A stretch of 61,649 bases of DNA. It comes from a virus (taxonomy: Duplodnaviria; Caudoviricetes). The notes beneath the pieces were generated by a model, which was not told the origin of the DNA, did no database searches, and saw only the letters and a list, made by a program, of their open reading frames with translations. Within the stretch, counting starts at the first letter, position 1; the number at the start of each line of letters is the position of its first letter. Made by a program: the position numbers and the translations under genes. The DNA lies in the IMG/VR virus record IMGVR_UViG_3300026518_000001, positions 1-61,649 of that record; one strand, 5' to 3'. Positions 18,725-28,624 of the stretch are shown one piece after another.

Positions 18725-19210
18725 AAATTATTTGATTAGTTAAAGACTCGGGGGGGATAGTCAAGTTTTGAATTAGTTTTAGATATAGTACTACCCCTAT
18801 ACATAATAATGGTGTTCCATATGAATTTTTAAATTTACTCCTATACTAAAATATAATTTTTGGTTACGAATTTTTTAAACTTACTATTACAAGTAAATAT
18901 GAATTTTTCTTATGATTTTTTTAACACTATTCCTATAAGTAGATATAAAAATATCTATTAACTTTTCAATATAAGTAGATATAATTTCATCTAACAACTT
19001 TTCATATACATTTATTACTTATAAAGATCAAAAGAGTAATGTACTTACCATCTTTTGGATCTAAACTAATGTATTAAGAATATTAATTAAGTTAATAAAA
19101 TATTTGTACAAATATAAGAACCAAAGATAAAAGTATTATGTATTAATGTAAATAAATATATGTATCCATTATATATCTATCATTCTGTTTTGGATCTCAT
19201 TAAATTATAT

Positions 19211-19238
19211 TTGACATTAACTATTAATATGATATACT
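19211..19238 (+). promoter_or_regulatory. host sigma70-type promoter
   Basis: TTGACA-N16-TATACT with a TGn extension. Confidence 0.7.
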
Positions 19239-19241
19239 TTG

Positions 19242-19500
19242 TTTGCAAGTATTTATCTGGCACTAAATATTTGTAAAAGATTTTATTGCTAAAACTTTTA
19301 AAGTTCTTCCTTTTAGAGTTTTTATGTTATTTTTCAACTATTCGATATAATTCTCCTTATGTGATATTTTAGAGAGAAGGGATTTTTTTGAATATGTTTT
19401 ATAGAATGATGTCATAACACTCCTACCTTTTTTTATTATTTTTGTAACAATCACTTTTTCTCCCTTCTCTCATACATATCACATATTTTCCTTTCTGTTT
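19242..19500 (+). ncRNA. candidate structured small RNA or long leader
   Basis: ORF-free stretch downstream of a promoter; hairpin at 19242..19277; long-range stem 19359..19382 pairing with 19461..19484; T-rich end; a separate TGATATAAT for terS at 19509..19517. Confidence 0.45.
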
Positions 19501-19545
19501 TTCCTATATGATATAATTTATATAAATAATACTTAAGGATAATAG

Positions 19546-20217
19546 ATGATTGAATATAAAGAATTTAGAAAAGCTTTACCTCCTGAAAAAAGAAAATTAC
19601 TTACAGAAGATACATTTAAAGTAATCCAACAACTTGATAATGACCCTGATTTGGATCTTAGAGATGAATTAATAAGTTATACACAAGTATTACAAACTGG
19701 TAAATTTAAGATAACTGATTATGCTAAAGCTTGTAAGTATATTGCTTATAAAAATGCTGGATATAGTAATAAAGATGCTTATCAAAAAACATTTCCTGAA
19801 AGATTAGAAAGATGGGAAAAAGATGGTAAACCTTGGGATAAGATTCATAGATATATTAATAAATACAATACTAGTACATTAGTTACTGAAATAACTAAAA
19901 GAGTATTAATACCTACAAAGATACTTAATCAAGATAAAGTACAAAAGAGTTTAAATGTACTAGACGAATTAATGATGAATGCTAAAAGTGAAATGGTTAG
20001 AATGAAAGCAGCTGAAACATTACTTAGAGAATTAAAGATAGATGATGATAATAAATTAGAATTAGATATTACTGTTAGGAAGGATGAATCGTTGGATCAA
20101 TTAGAAAGAAAGTTAGCTGAGTTTAGTGAATTACAATTAAATGCTATTAAAAATAAACAATCAGATCCAAAACAGATAGCAGAAATGGATATAATAACAG
20201 TTGATACTGAAGATTAA
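19546..20217 (+). CDS. terS: terminase small subunit (N4 gp69-like)
   Basis: ISYTQVLQTGKFKITDY..AKSEMVRMKAAETLL pattern; directly upstream of terL. Confidence 0.75.
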   Translation: MIEYKEFRKALPPEKRKLLTEDTFKVIQQLDNDPDLDLRDELISYTQVLQTGKFKITDYAKACKYIAYKNAGYSNKDAYQKTFPERLERWEKDGKPWDKIHRYINKYNTSTLVTEITKRVLIPTKILNQDKVQKSLNVLDELMMNAKSEMVRMKAAETLLRELKIDDDNKLELDITVRKDESLDQLERKLAEFSELQLNAIKNKQSDPKQIAEMDIITVDTED

Positions 20218-20325
20218 TATAAATGATAAAAGATGAATAAGAAACCAAATACTAAAAATAGAGCTTGTTTTGCTAAAACATTTGTGTATAATGCAAAGTA
20301 AATCTTATAAAGGAGGTAAATAATA

Positions 20326-20388
20326 ATGGCTTGTAAGAAAAAAAAATCTACAACTAAAAGAAAAACTACTAAAAAGAAAATGAAATAA
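20326..20388 (+). CDS. 20-aa basic peptide MACKKKKSTTKRKTTKKKMK (not in the ORF track)
   Basis: Perfect AAGGAGGT RBS and a TGTGTATAAT extended -10 at about 20283..20292. Confidence 0.65.
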   Translation: MACKKKKSTTKRKTTKKKMK

Positions 20389-20444
20389 AGTAGTTTTATA
20401 GATCCAACACTTGTTGGATCAATTAAGATTATTAAAGGAAGTTT

Positions 20445-21986
20445 ATGGCTAAAGTAGTAGAAGATTATTTAAAAGAAGTTGATTATACTTTTGAAGGTTA
20501 TGAACCAAGTGTAAATGCTATTAAGTTTGTTAACTTTATTAAATTAGTTGAAGGTGGTAAACCAGAGAATAAGACACCAGTAGTTCATATGAAGATATTA
20601 GATAACATATTCAGTAAACATAGAAGACATGCAATTATGGCTCATAGGGGTATTGCTAAATCTAGTATGATTGAATATCTAATACTTTATATAGCTGTCT
20701 TTGGATCTCTTCCAAACTTTGGAGAAGTTAACTTAGCATTATATGTAAGTGATAGTGCTGAAGGTGGAGCAAAGAACTTAAGAAAGAACTTAGAGTTTAA
20801 ATATGAAATGAGTGATTTTTTAAAAGAATATGTAAATATTAAATTTACTGATAATAGATTAGAGTTTATTAATAAGAAAAATGATAAAAGATTAATTGTT
20901 AAATTATATGGTGGACAACAAAATATTAGGGGTTTAAGAGAACAAGGTGTTAGACCTCAATTAGCTTTTCTTGATGACTTATTAAGTGATATAGATGCTA
21001 ATAGTCCTACTGTATTAAAGAATGTAGAGAATAATATTAGTAAAGCTGTGAGTAAAGCATTACATCCAAGTAGACATAAAATAATATATGTTGGTACTCC
21101 ATTTAACCAGAATGATCCATTATATAGAAGGGTTGAGAGTGGAGCTTGGAATGCTAGTGTGTATCCTATATGCGAGAAATTTCCTTGTTCAAAGAAAGAA
21201 TATAAAGGTAGTTGGGAAGATAGGTTTCCTTATGATTATGTAAAAGATATGTATGATGAAGCTAAATCATTAGGACAATTAGATTCATTCTATCAAGAGT
21301 TAATGTTACAAATTAAATCAGATGAAGATAGATTAATTGCTGATGATGAAATAGTATTCTATTCATTAGATTCAAAGAGAAGAGGAGATTGGAATTATTA
21401 TATAGCTACTGACTTTGCTACAAGTGAAAAAGAATCAGCTGACTATAGTGTTATAGGTGTTTGGGGAATAAATCCAAATGGTAAAAAGTATTTAGTAGAA
21501 GCACAAGCTAAGAGACAATTAATGGATAAGAATATAGAAGACTTATTTGTATTAGCTAGTAAATATAAAGTATTTCAAGTTGGTATAGAAGTAACAGGTC
21601 AACAAAAAGGGTTTGTTAGTTGGTTTGGATCTGAGATGATAAAAAGAAATACTTATTTTAATGTGAAAGAAGTTAGACCTACTAAAAATAAGTTAAGTAG
21701 ATTTATGGAAGTATTACCAGAATTTAAGAAAGGTAATATTATATTTAATAAGAATTTATCTAATGAGTTTAAAGATGAATTAATAAATGAATTATCTAAT
21801 GTTACTATTAATGGTTTTAAGTCTAAACACGATGATATTTTAGATATAATTTCTATGGTAATAAATCTAGATATTATATTACCGTCATCTATTGGTTCTA
21901 CAGATGAATATCAGAATATTGATTATTCAGATATTAATATTATTAAAACTAAAGATGAACAACAAATAAATGATTTATTCGAGTAA
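20445..21986 (+). CDS. terL: terminase large subunit (N4 gp68-like)
   Basis: HRGIAKSS Walker A, RPQLAFLDD Walker B, VGTPF, and nuclease motifs TDFATS..ADYS..HDD. Confidence 0.95.
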   Translation: MAKVVEDYLKEVDYTFEGYEPSVNAIKFVNFIKLVEGGKPENKTPVVHMKILDNIFSKHRRHAIMAHRGIAKSSMIEYLILYIAVFGSLPNFGEVNLALYVSDSAEGGAKNLRKNLEFKYEMSDFLKEYVNIKFTDNRLEFINKKNDKRLIVKLYGGQQNIRGLREQGVRPQLAFLDDLLSDIDANSPTVLKNVENNISKAVSKALHPSRHKIIYVGTPFNQNDPLYRRVESGAWNASVYPICEKFPCSKKEYKGSWEDRFPYDYVKDMYDEAKSLGQLDSFYQELMLQIKSDEDRLIADDEIVFYSLDSKRRGDWNYYIATDFATSEKESADYSVIGVWGINPNGKKYLVEAQAKRQLMDKNIEDLFVLASKYKVFQVGIEVTGQQKGFVSWFGSEMIKRNTYFNVKEVRPTKNKLSRFMEVLPEFKKGNIIFNKNLSNEFKDELINELSNVTINGFKSKHDDILDIISMVINLDIILPSSIGSTDEYQNIDYSDINIIKTKDEQQINDLFE

Positions 21987-22006
21987 ATCCTTAATAAGGA
22001 GATAAT

Positions 22007-22819
22007 ATGGCATGTGATAATGCTGACTTTGATATATCTAAATATATGATCTATATTAGAGATACAGATATAAGTGAACAAGAAGCTCAAAATATATTAC
22101 AAGATATATTGGATGAAGTATCATTTGATACTAAGATATTTAGAGATTTGTTTGTATTTGATATAGAAAATTGTGATAATGTATATGATACTAAAGCTTT
22201 ATATGATTTATCTCAATCATTAAAAGAAGAAGTAACAGGTGTAACATCTACTGATTATACAACTGAACAATTAATTAATATATTAGAAGGTAAAGAATTT
22301 TCAGATAGTAATAATAATGCAAATAATTGTTCTACTGGTGAATCACAAGATAGTGATACAGAAGATACAAATAACTCATTATGTCTTAATACATATCTTA
22401 ATATAATTGATCTTATGTGGTATGATAAAACAGATAGTAAGCAACCTATTAAATCAATTATATCGACTTGGTTCCAACAAGTAGGTAATGATATATATGA
22501 AGTAATACCAACTAAAGTTTCAAACGATACTGGTATACCTGAAAGTAATATAAATATTAATAATCCAATACCAGTTATTGGTTATGTATCTATAATACCT
22601 AATATATTTAAACTTACTTCTGATGATGAGAGAATATTAAGACAAGTATTAATAGCAGGATTAAAATATAAAGTAAGTGATATGTATCTTAATACAGCAA
22701 ATGAACAAGTAAGTAATTTACTTTACCAAAGATATTATAATGCTAAAAAACAATTAGCATTTAATTTTCCACAATTTGTTTCGAACCAAAGAGTTAAAAA
22801 TGAAGCGTGGAATATTTAA
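22007..22819 (+). CDS. virion structural protein, adaptor (N4 gp67 position)
   Basis: Position after terL; helical C-terminus typical of adaptor proteins. Confidence 0.5.
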   Translation: MACDNADFDISKYMIYIRDTDISEQEAQNILQDILDEVSFDTKIFRDLFVFDIENCDNVYDTKALYDLSQSLKEEVTGVTSTDYTTEQLINILEGKEFSDSNNNANNCSTGESQDSDTEDTNNSLCLNTYLNIIDLMWYDKTDSKQPIKSIISTWFQQVGNDIYEVIPTKVSNDTGIPESNININNPIPVIGYVSIIPNIFKLTSDDERILRQVLIAGLKYKVSDMYLNTANEQVSNLLYQRYYNAKKQLAFNFPQFVSNQRVKNEAWNI

Positions 22820-22831
22820 AAGGATGATTAA

Positions 22832-23971
22832 ATGAATATTACAAATATGTATCAATATTTAAAAGATTATATTGATAAGAGAGTGTATTTAGCTAAAACT
22901 AATATACAACAATTATTTGATGACTATGAAGTTAAAACAGTTGCTGGAAATATTGATAATGTTAAAATTACTGGTGATAATATTAATCAAGTTAATATAG
23001 TATCAGATAGTATTGATAAAGTTATAAATGTTAATGATAATATAAATTATGTTATTAAAGTTGATAGTAATATGAATGATATTAATACTACAGCTACTAA
23101 TATAAATGATATTAACAATGTTTCATCTAATATTAATAATGTAAATACAGTATCTACAAATATAGATAATGTTAATATAACAAGTAATTATATAAATAAT
23201 GTTAATACTGTTAGTACTAATATAACTAATGTAAATACTGTAAACAATAATATAGTCAATGTTAATACTGTAGGTAATGATATTGATAATATAAATATTG
23301 TTTACGATAATATAAATAATGTTAATACGGTTAGTACTAATATAACTAATGTAAATACAATAGCTAATGATATAGCTAATGTTGATATTACAGCTAATAG
23401 TATTGATGATGTTAATACTTATGCTAAAACATATTATGGTCCATTAGATAGTGATCCAACAACTAGACCTGATGGTAGTGCAGTACAAATAGGTGATTTA
23501 TATTTTAATACTACTGTAAATAAAATGAGAGCATATGCAAACAATAATACAGGTTGGGTCTTAGCTAGTAGTGCTGTTAATGGAATATTGAAATCAGGAA
23601 GATTTACTGGTGATGGTTCTACTAAAGTATTTACTATTGAAGGTGGTTATGATGCTAATATGGGCATAGTTTATTTAAATGGTACTGAAGTAACTCAAGA
23701 TGTAGATATTAGTGATGGTAGTACAATAGTATTTAATACAGCTCCAGCAGATGGAGATACTGTTGATTATGTTATGTTTGGATCTTTTCAATTAGTTAAT
23801 GCAGTTGACCTAAATAGTTCTCAAACTGTAGTTGGATCAAAAACATTTAGCAAAGATATTAATATTGAAGATGAAAATAATGGATTAGTATTAATTGATA
23901 GAAGTGATACAACTAAAAAATATAGATTATATGTTGATAATGGTAATCTTGGAATAGAGGAGGTAGTATAA
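22832..23971 (+). CDS. tail fibre / appendage with a 10-aa repeat shaft
   Basis: About 16 NIxNVNTVxx repeats; GDLYFNTT; FTGDGSTKVF..VYLNG..APADGD domain. Confidence 0.8.
   Translation: MNITNMYQYLKDYIDKRVYLAKTNIQQLFDDYEVKTVAGNIDNVKITGDNINQVNIVSDSIDKVINVNDNINYVIKVDSNMNDINTTATNINDINNVSSNINNVNTVSTNIDNVNITSNYINNVNTVSTNITNVNTVNNNIVNVNTVGNDIDNINIVYDNINNVNTVSTNITNVNTIANDIANVDITANSIDDVNTYAKTYYGPLDSDPTTRPDGSAVQIGDLYFNTTVNKMRAYANNNTGWVLASSAVNGILKSGRFTGDGSTKVFTIEGGYDANMGIVYLNGTEVTQDVDISDGSTIVFNTAPADGDTVDYVMFGSFQLVNAVDLNSSQTVVGSKTFSKDINIEDENNGLVLIDRSDTTKKYRLYVDNGNLGIEEVV
22951..23430 (+). repeat. 30-bp coding tandem repeat
   Basis: 10-aa periodicity; a 48-bp near-identical pair at 23191 and 23311. Confidence 0.85.
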
Positions 23972-23972
23972 G

Positions 23973-24314
23973 ATGGGTAAATTAGTCGCAGATTATTTAA
24001 ATGTTAAGAATGATAATGGAATTGTTAAAGATTTAAGTGGAAATATTATTGGAATTGGAGGAGATAATTACTCTTGGGTAGATGAAACAAATAACAGGGA
24101 TTTAGGTACGACTTATACTAATGACAATGGTACACCGATAATTGTAAATGCTTATATAGTAGATAGTAATACAAATGCGTATATTGAAGTTGATAGTTTA
24201 AAAATAGCGTATACATATCCAAATGAATGGGAGTGTTTAACTTTTATTGTTCCAAATGGAAGTACTTATACATTTAATGGGACAGGTTTAAATGCTGTTA
24301 TAGAATTTAAATAA
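23973..24314 (+). CDS. small tail-fibre tip / receptor-binding module
   Basis: TYTNDNGTPIIV..FIVPNGSTY beta-rich fibre-tip pattern. Confidence 0.6.
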   Translation: MGKLVADYLNVKNDNGIVKDLSGNIIGIGGDNYSWVDETNNRDLGTTYTNDNGTPIIVNAYIVDSNTNAYIEVDSLKIAYTYPNEWECLTFIVPNGSTYTFNGTGLNAVIEFK

Positions 24315-24321
24315 AGGATAA

Positions 24322-24825
24322 ATGATGATTTATTATAAAGATACAAACAATAATTTATATGCTTTTAATGATAATACAAAGCAAGAAATTATTGATAGAA
24401 TTGCTAAAAAACACAATACAACTTTATCATTGATTACAGAAAAAGAATATAAACAATTAAAAGCTCCTACATTAGAGCAACTAAAAAATAGAAAGAAAAA
24501 TGAAATAAATAAAATTTATAACATTAAATCACAAGAACCAATTGAGTATCAATTAGACTCTAGTCATAATTATACTTTCCAAGCAGATAGCAAGTCGCAA
24601 GACATATTAACAAAAGTTATTACTTCTGCTCCTGTAGGTTTTAAAATTGATTGGTCAGATATTGATAATAATCTAATTAATTTGACATTAGATAATCTAA
24701 AACAATTAGCAGAATTAATTTTAACTAGAAGTCAAAAACTATTTATTAAGAAAGTTACTCTTAAGAAGCAAGTAGATTCTGTTGGATCTAAAAAAGAATT
24801 AGAAAATATTAAATGGATAGATTAA
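24322..24825 (+). CDS. tail fibre assembly chaperone (DUF4376-like)
   Basis: FQADSKSQ..WSDIDNN..ELENIKW pattern. Confidence 0.7.
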   Translation: MMIYYKDTNNNLYAFNDNTKQEIIDRIAKKHNTTLSLITEKEYKQLKAPTLEQLKNRKKNEINKIYNIKSQEPIEYQLDSSHNYTFQADSKSQDILTKVITSAPVGFKIDWSDIDNNLINLTLDNLKQLAELILTRSQKLFIKKVTLKKQVDSVGSKKELENIKWID

Positions 24826-24854
24826 TTTCTTCCATTTTATAAAAAGGATATTAA

Positions 24855-25826
24855 ATGATAAGTAAAAATATTATAAATGCAGATACTGTAAATATAGGTT
24901 ATATTAATTTTAAGAATAGAATTATAAATGGTGACTTTCAAGTTTGGCAAAGAGGAGAAGATATAACTATATCTAAACAAAATGGATATATAGGTGTAGA
25001 TAGGTTTATTACTTGGCAAACAGGAGAAGACAGTAATGGAAATACTACTGGTGCAGTATGTGATATAGAGAATAAGAAAGAATATGATGGACAAGATATT
25101 GTTAGTTCTTATTATATTAGTAATACGGATACAACAGTAACTAATACTAAATTTGGAGTAACACAGCGTGTAGAACCATTAAATTATTGGGATTTAATAA
25201 ATAAAAAAATAACAATTAGTTTTTGGATTAAGACTAATAAAACTAATATAAATTTGTATACACAACATGACTATATAGATAGTAACGGAAATGAAATAGG
25301 TGAATCTATTTATTCAGAAGATATTTCTATTCAATCTGATACATGGACTAAAATAGAAAGAACTATTACTCTATCTTCTGCTAATTACACAACAATAGAT
25401 GATGAAGTATCTACAGAATTATTTGCAGTTTCTATATCTAATATTGCTGATAATGATTATATACAATTAAAACAAGTGCAAGTGGAAGAAGGTGATATAG
25501 CCACTGAATTTGAAAAAATTCCTTATGATCTTCAATTACAAAGGTGTATGAGATATTATGAATGGTTCCATATTGACTATACTAGTTATGATAATGCTAA
25601 TGCCAGTAATTATACTAGTACTATATTTTTTAAAACTCAAAAAAGAACACTACCGTCAATTACATGTGTGTATGCGTATGATGAATCAACTACACAACAA
25701 TTAAATTCATATAGTATTGATACTATAACAACTCAAAATGCTAGAATTTATAATCACTCAGCTGCTTCAGGATGGGGTGATAATAAACATATGCATTTTG
25801 CTGGAACAATTGATGCAGAACTATAA
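24855..25826 (+). CDS. tail-associated carbohydrate-binding protein
   Basis: NRIINGDFQVWQRG..DRF..VQVEEGDIATEFE..LQRCMRYYE motifs. Confidence 0.75.
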   Translation: MISKNIINADTVNIGYINFKNRIINGDFQVWQRGEDITISKQNGYIGVDRFITWQTGEDSNGNTTGAVCDIENKKEYDGQDIVSSYYISNTDTTVTNTKFGVTQRVEPLNYWDLINKKITISFWIKTNKTNINLYTQHDYIDSNGNEIGESIYSEDISIQSDTWTKIERTITLSSANYTTIDDEVSTELFAVSISNIADNDYIQLKQVQVEEGDIATEFEKIPYDLQLQRCMRYYEWFHIDYTSYDNANASNYTSTIFFKTQKRTLPSITCVYAYDESTTQQLNSYSIDTITTQNARIYNHSAASGWGDNKHMHFAGTIDAEL

Positions 25827-25841
25827 TAAAAGGAGATTTAA

Positions 25842-26381
25842 ATGGTTAAATTAAAACAAGAAATAAAAAAAGAGTTTAATACTCAATTAAATAAAAATGA
25901 ATATAAAATAGTATTAACTGGATACGAATTAAACGGGATTAATATCCCTTTGGATCCAAACAATAGATACTATAAAAAGGTACAAGAACTAATCTTAAAA
26001 GGAGAAGTTCCGGAATATCAATATACAGAAAAAGATGTAATATCATATATTAAATCAGAAAAGATAGAAGTATTCAAAAGTAAAAGAAAACAATTAACTA
26101 ATAATATAGTTATTACTTTAACTACTGGTGAAGAATTAAATGGAGATGAAGTTAGTCAAAGTAGATTACTTAGAGCATTTAATTTACTTGATGATACATC
26201 AACTGTTAATTGGATCGATGCTAATAATAATTTAGTTACATTAGATAAAACAAAGATCCAACAATCATTAACTAAAGCAACAGAAGAACAATCTAATATA
26301 TTTGTTACTTATAATAAATATAGAGATCAAGTAAATACTGCAACTACACAAGATGAATTAAGTGAAATAAAATGGGATTAA
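25842..26381 (+). CDS. tail fibre assembly chaperone (DUF4376-like)
   Basis: IPLDPNNRYY; GDEVSQSRL..WIDANN..ELSEIKW. Confidence 0.7.
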   Translation: MVKLKQEIKKEFNTQLNKNEYKIVLTGYELNGINIPLDPNNRYYKKVQELILKGEVPEYQYTEKDVISYIKSEKIEVFKSKRKQLTNNIVITLTTGEELNGDEVSQSRLLRAFNLLDDTSTVNWIDANNNLVTLDKTKIQQSLTKATEEQSNIFVTYNKYRDQVNTATTQDELSEIKWD

Positions 26382-26707
26382 AATATAGTGATGTAAAACT
26401 TCAACCATTAAAGTCTAATAGATTTAAGGTAATAGAATATTTTAATTATAAAGATATAATTATACATTCTGGTTTTAGAAGTGATGGAGCAAGTGTACCA
26501 AGAATATTTTGGTGCTTGTTTCCACCTAACAGAACTGATTACTTACCTTGTGCTATTATTCATGATTATCTTTGTGATAAAGAAGAATATAAAAAAGCAG
26601 ATGAATATTTTAAACAATGTTTAGAAGATTTAAAAGTAGATAAGTTTAGTAGAACTCTAATGTATTATGCAGTTAGAGTTTATCATAAGATAAGATACAA
26701 TAAATAA
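26372..26707 (+). CDS. DUF1353 family protein
   Basis: GFRSDGASVPRIFW..AIIHDYL..AD..F signature. Confidence 0.85.
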   Translation: MGLKYSDVKLQPLKSNRFKVIEYFNYKDIIIHSGFRSDGASVPRIFWCLFPPNRTDYLPCAIIHDYLCDKEEYKKADEYFKQCLEDLKVDKFSRTLMYYAVRVYHKIRYNK

Positions 26708-26717
26708 AGGATTATTA

Positions 26718-27107
26718 ATGGGTGGTATATTAGCAAGTTTAGTTCCTAACGTAGTTAATAAAGTTATGGATTTAGTTGGGTCTAAGTTTCAAACAGATGA
26801 TGAAAAAAAACAAGCTGAAGCTAAGATCCAACAAGCAGTACAACAACAAATACAAAATGCTTGGGAACAAGAACAAGAACAATTAACTGAAAGAATGAAA
26901 TTAGATATGGCTAGTGATAGTTGGTTAAGTAAGAATGTAAGACCATTAACATTAATTTATTTAATGATGTTATTTACATTAGCATTCTTTAGAGATGTAC
27001 CAGAACAAACTCTACAATTACTTCAATCATTACTAATGACAGTATTTGTATTCTACTTTGGATCTAGAACATTAGAAAAAATTACTAAGATAGTTAAAGA
27101 CAAATAA
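26718..27107 (+). CDS. holin, 3TM/GTA-release type
   Basis: DMASDSWLSKNVRP..FYFGSRTLEK with TM segments. Confidence 0.75.
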   Translation: MGGILASLVPNVVNKVMDLVGSKFQTDDEKKQAEAKIQQAVQQQIQNAWEQEQEQLTERMKLDMASDSWLSKNVRPLTLIYLMMLFTLAFFRDVPEQTLQLLQSLLMTVFVFYFGSRTLEKITKIVKDK

Positions 27108-27127
27108 AAACAATATAAGGAAGAACA

Positions 27128-27928
27128 ATGAATTTAGTTATAAACTTTAAGAACCAAATAGGATTTAGACAAAACTTTACCATTGATTTAAAAATGTTAA
27201 AGATTAGTATTAAACAATGGAATAGATTGTATGAACCAAAGATAGATAAAACATTCATAGTTGGATCATATACTGACAAAGAAATAGAAGATATTATTAC
27301 ATATCTATCAAAACAATTTATAGACAGATTTAATATTAAGATACTTAATGCTGGATCTATTCCAGTACAATTTAATACTAATAAAATTAGTAGAGTTAAT
27401 TATCAAATGATTAAAGCTTGGGAATATATTAAAGAACCATTTATATTAGGTACTAATGATATATTCCCTATTAAAAAGATATACGACAAATATCTAAATA
27501 AAGAATATAAAGTTAAATATAAAGACTATACAAATATAAAAGAATTATCTTTAAAAGAACCAAATAAAGTGCATTGGCTAACTCATCAATGGATATATGC
27601 AATAGATTACTTTAGAAACAAATATAACTTTGATAGTAAAACAATATATGAATTACATAATGCTTATGTAGTTAATAAAGAGTTTATGGACTTCTATCTA
27701 AGTGATAGCAATCTTTGGATCCAAATAGGTAGAGATATAGTAATAGCTTTATGGTTAAAAATGAATGGTAAAGAAATACTAAGTGATGAAGAGTTTTGTA
27801 AAGTAACATTTGATAGTAATAAATTACAAATAAATAAAAATGATTTAAAGAAACTTAAGATGTTAAATGTTACATTACCTAATCATCCTGATAGTGTTAA
27901 ATTGTTAAAGAAAGTACTATTAAAGTAA
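27128..27928 (+). CDS. divergent Stealth-like sugar-phosphotransferase candidate
   Basis: LKMLKISIK..FIVG, PFILGTNDIF and YELHNAY loosely match Stealth CR2/CR3 motifs. Confidence 0.35.
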   Translation: MNLVINFKNQIGFRQNFTIDLKMLKISIKQWNRLYEPKIDKTFIVGSYTDKEIEDIITYLSKQFIDRFNIKILNAGSIPVQFNTNKISRVNYQMIKAWEYIKEPFILGTNDIFPIKKIYDKYLNKEYKVKYKDYTNIKELSLKEPNKVHWLTHQWIYAIDYFRNKYNFDSKTIYELHNAYVVNKEFMDFYLSDSNLWIQIGRDIVIALWLKMNGKEILSDEEFCKVTFDSNKLQINKNDLKKLKMLNVTLPNHPDSVKLLKKVLLK

Positions 27929-27938
27929 AGGATTAATA

Positions 27939-28619
27939 ATGGTTAAATTAGGTGAACATATAGTTATATTTTGTATATTAATAATAATATTATTTAATAT
28001 AATATTTAATATTACATATAAAACAGTAATAGAACAATCAATGTATGATCAAAATAAATTAGCATTAAAGCATTTTAAAACTTGTTATAAAGATGTAAGT
28101 GGAAAACCTATTGATAGAATTAATAAATGTTTATCTAATAGTTTAACATCTGATCCAACTGGTGATGCATTTGTTGTGGATATTAAAAGTATGAGAGTTA
28201 TATGGGATAATAGTATAGATTGTAAAACTGATAAGACAATGTATCTTACAAAAGATAGTATTTGTAAATTAGCAAGTAATCAAAAAAGTTGTATTAACTT
28301 ATCAAATAACATACATAAAGGATATGATTCATATGGTAAATGGTATTTTGATAATAGTGCAGAATTAGATGATTGGATAATATTACCAGATGATACTCAT
28401 AATTTTGATGGAAGTTTAAGAGCAGAAAAAGGTATAGTATCTCAATATGCTGTAGTTCAAGGAAATCAATATGATGAATATACTAGATATTTTAAATATT
28501 TACCTTTAATAGTTAATATAGGTACAGTAATAATATTATTATTTTTATTAATTATATTTACATTATTTACTCAAATAAAAGAATATAATAATAATTTTGA
28601 ATGTAAATATAAAGGTTAA
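27939..28619 (+). CDS. two-TM protein with a Cys-rich periplasmic (Cache-like?) domain
   Basis: TM helices at both ends; GDAFVVD..VIWD segment; almost no cytoplasmic domain. Confidence 0.5.
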   Translation: MVKLGEHIVIFCILIIILFNIIFNITYKTVIEQSMYDQNKLALKHFKTCYKDVSGKPIDRINKCLSNSLTSDPTGDAFVVDIKSMRVIWDNSIDCKTDKTMYLTKDSICKLASNQKSCINLSNNIHKGYDSYGKWYFDNSAELDDWIILPDDTHNFDGSLRAEKGIVSQYAVVQGNQYDEYTRYFKYLPLIVNIGTVIILLFLLIIFTLFTQIKEYNNNFECKYKG

Positions 28620-28624
28620 TTATT

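Noticed and set aside
17894-19545. tRNA genes in the long non-coding region
   Set aside because: No cloverleaf with T-loop (GTTCRA) and D-loop signatures was found by eye; tRNAscan-SE would settle this.
23191-23358. DGR template/variable repeat pair
   Set aside because: The pair is part of a 30-bp coding tandem repeat, there is no adenine-specific mismatch pattern, and no reverse transcriptase is present.
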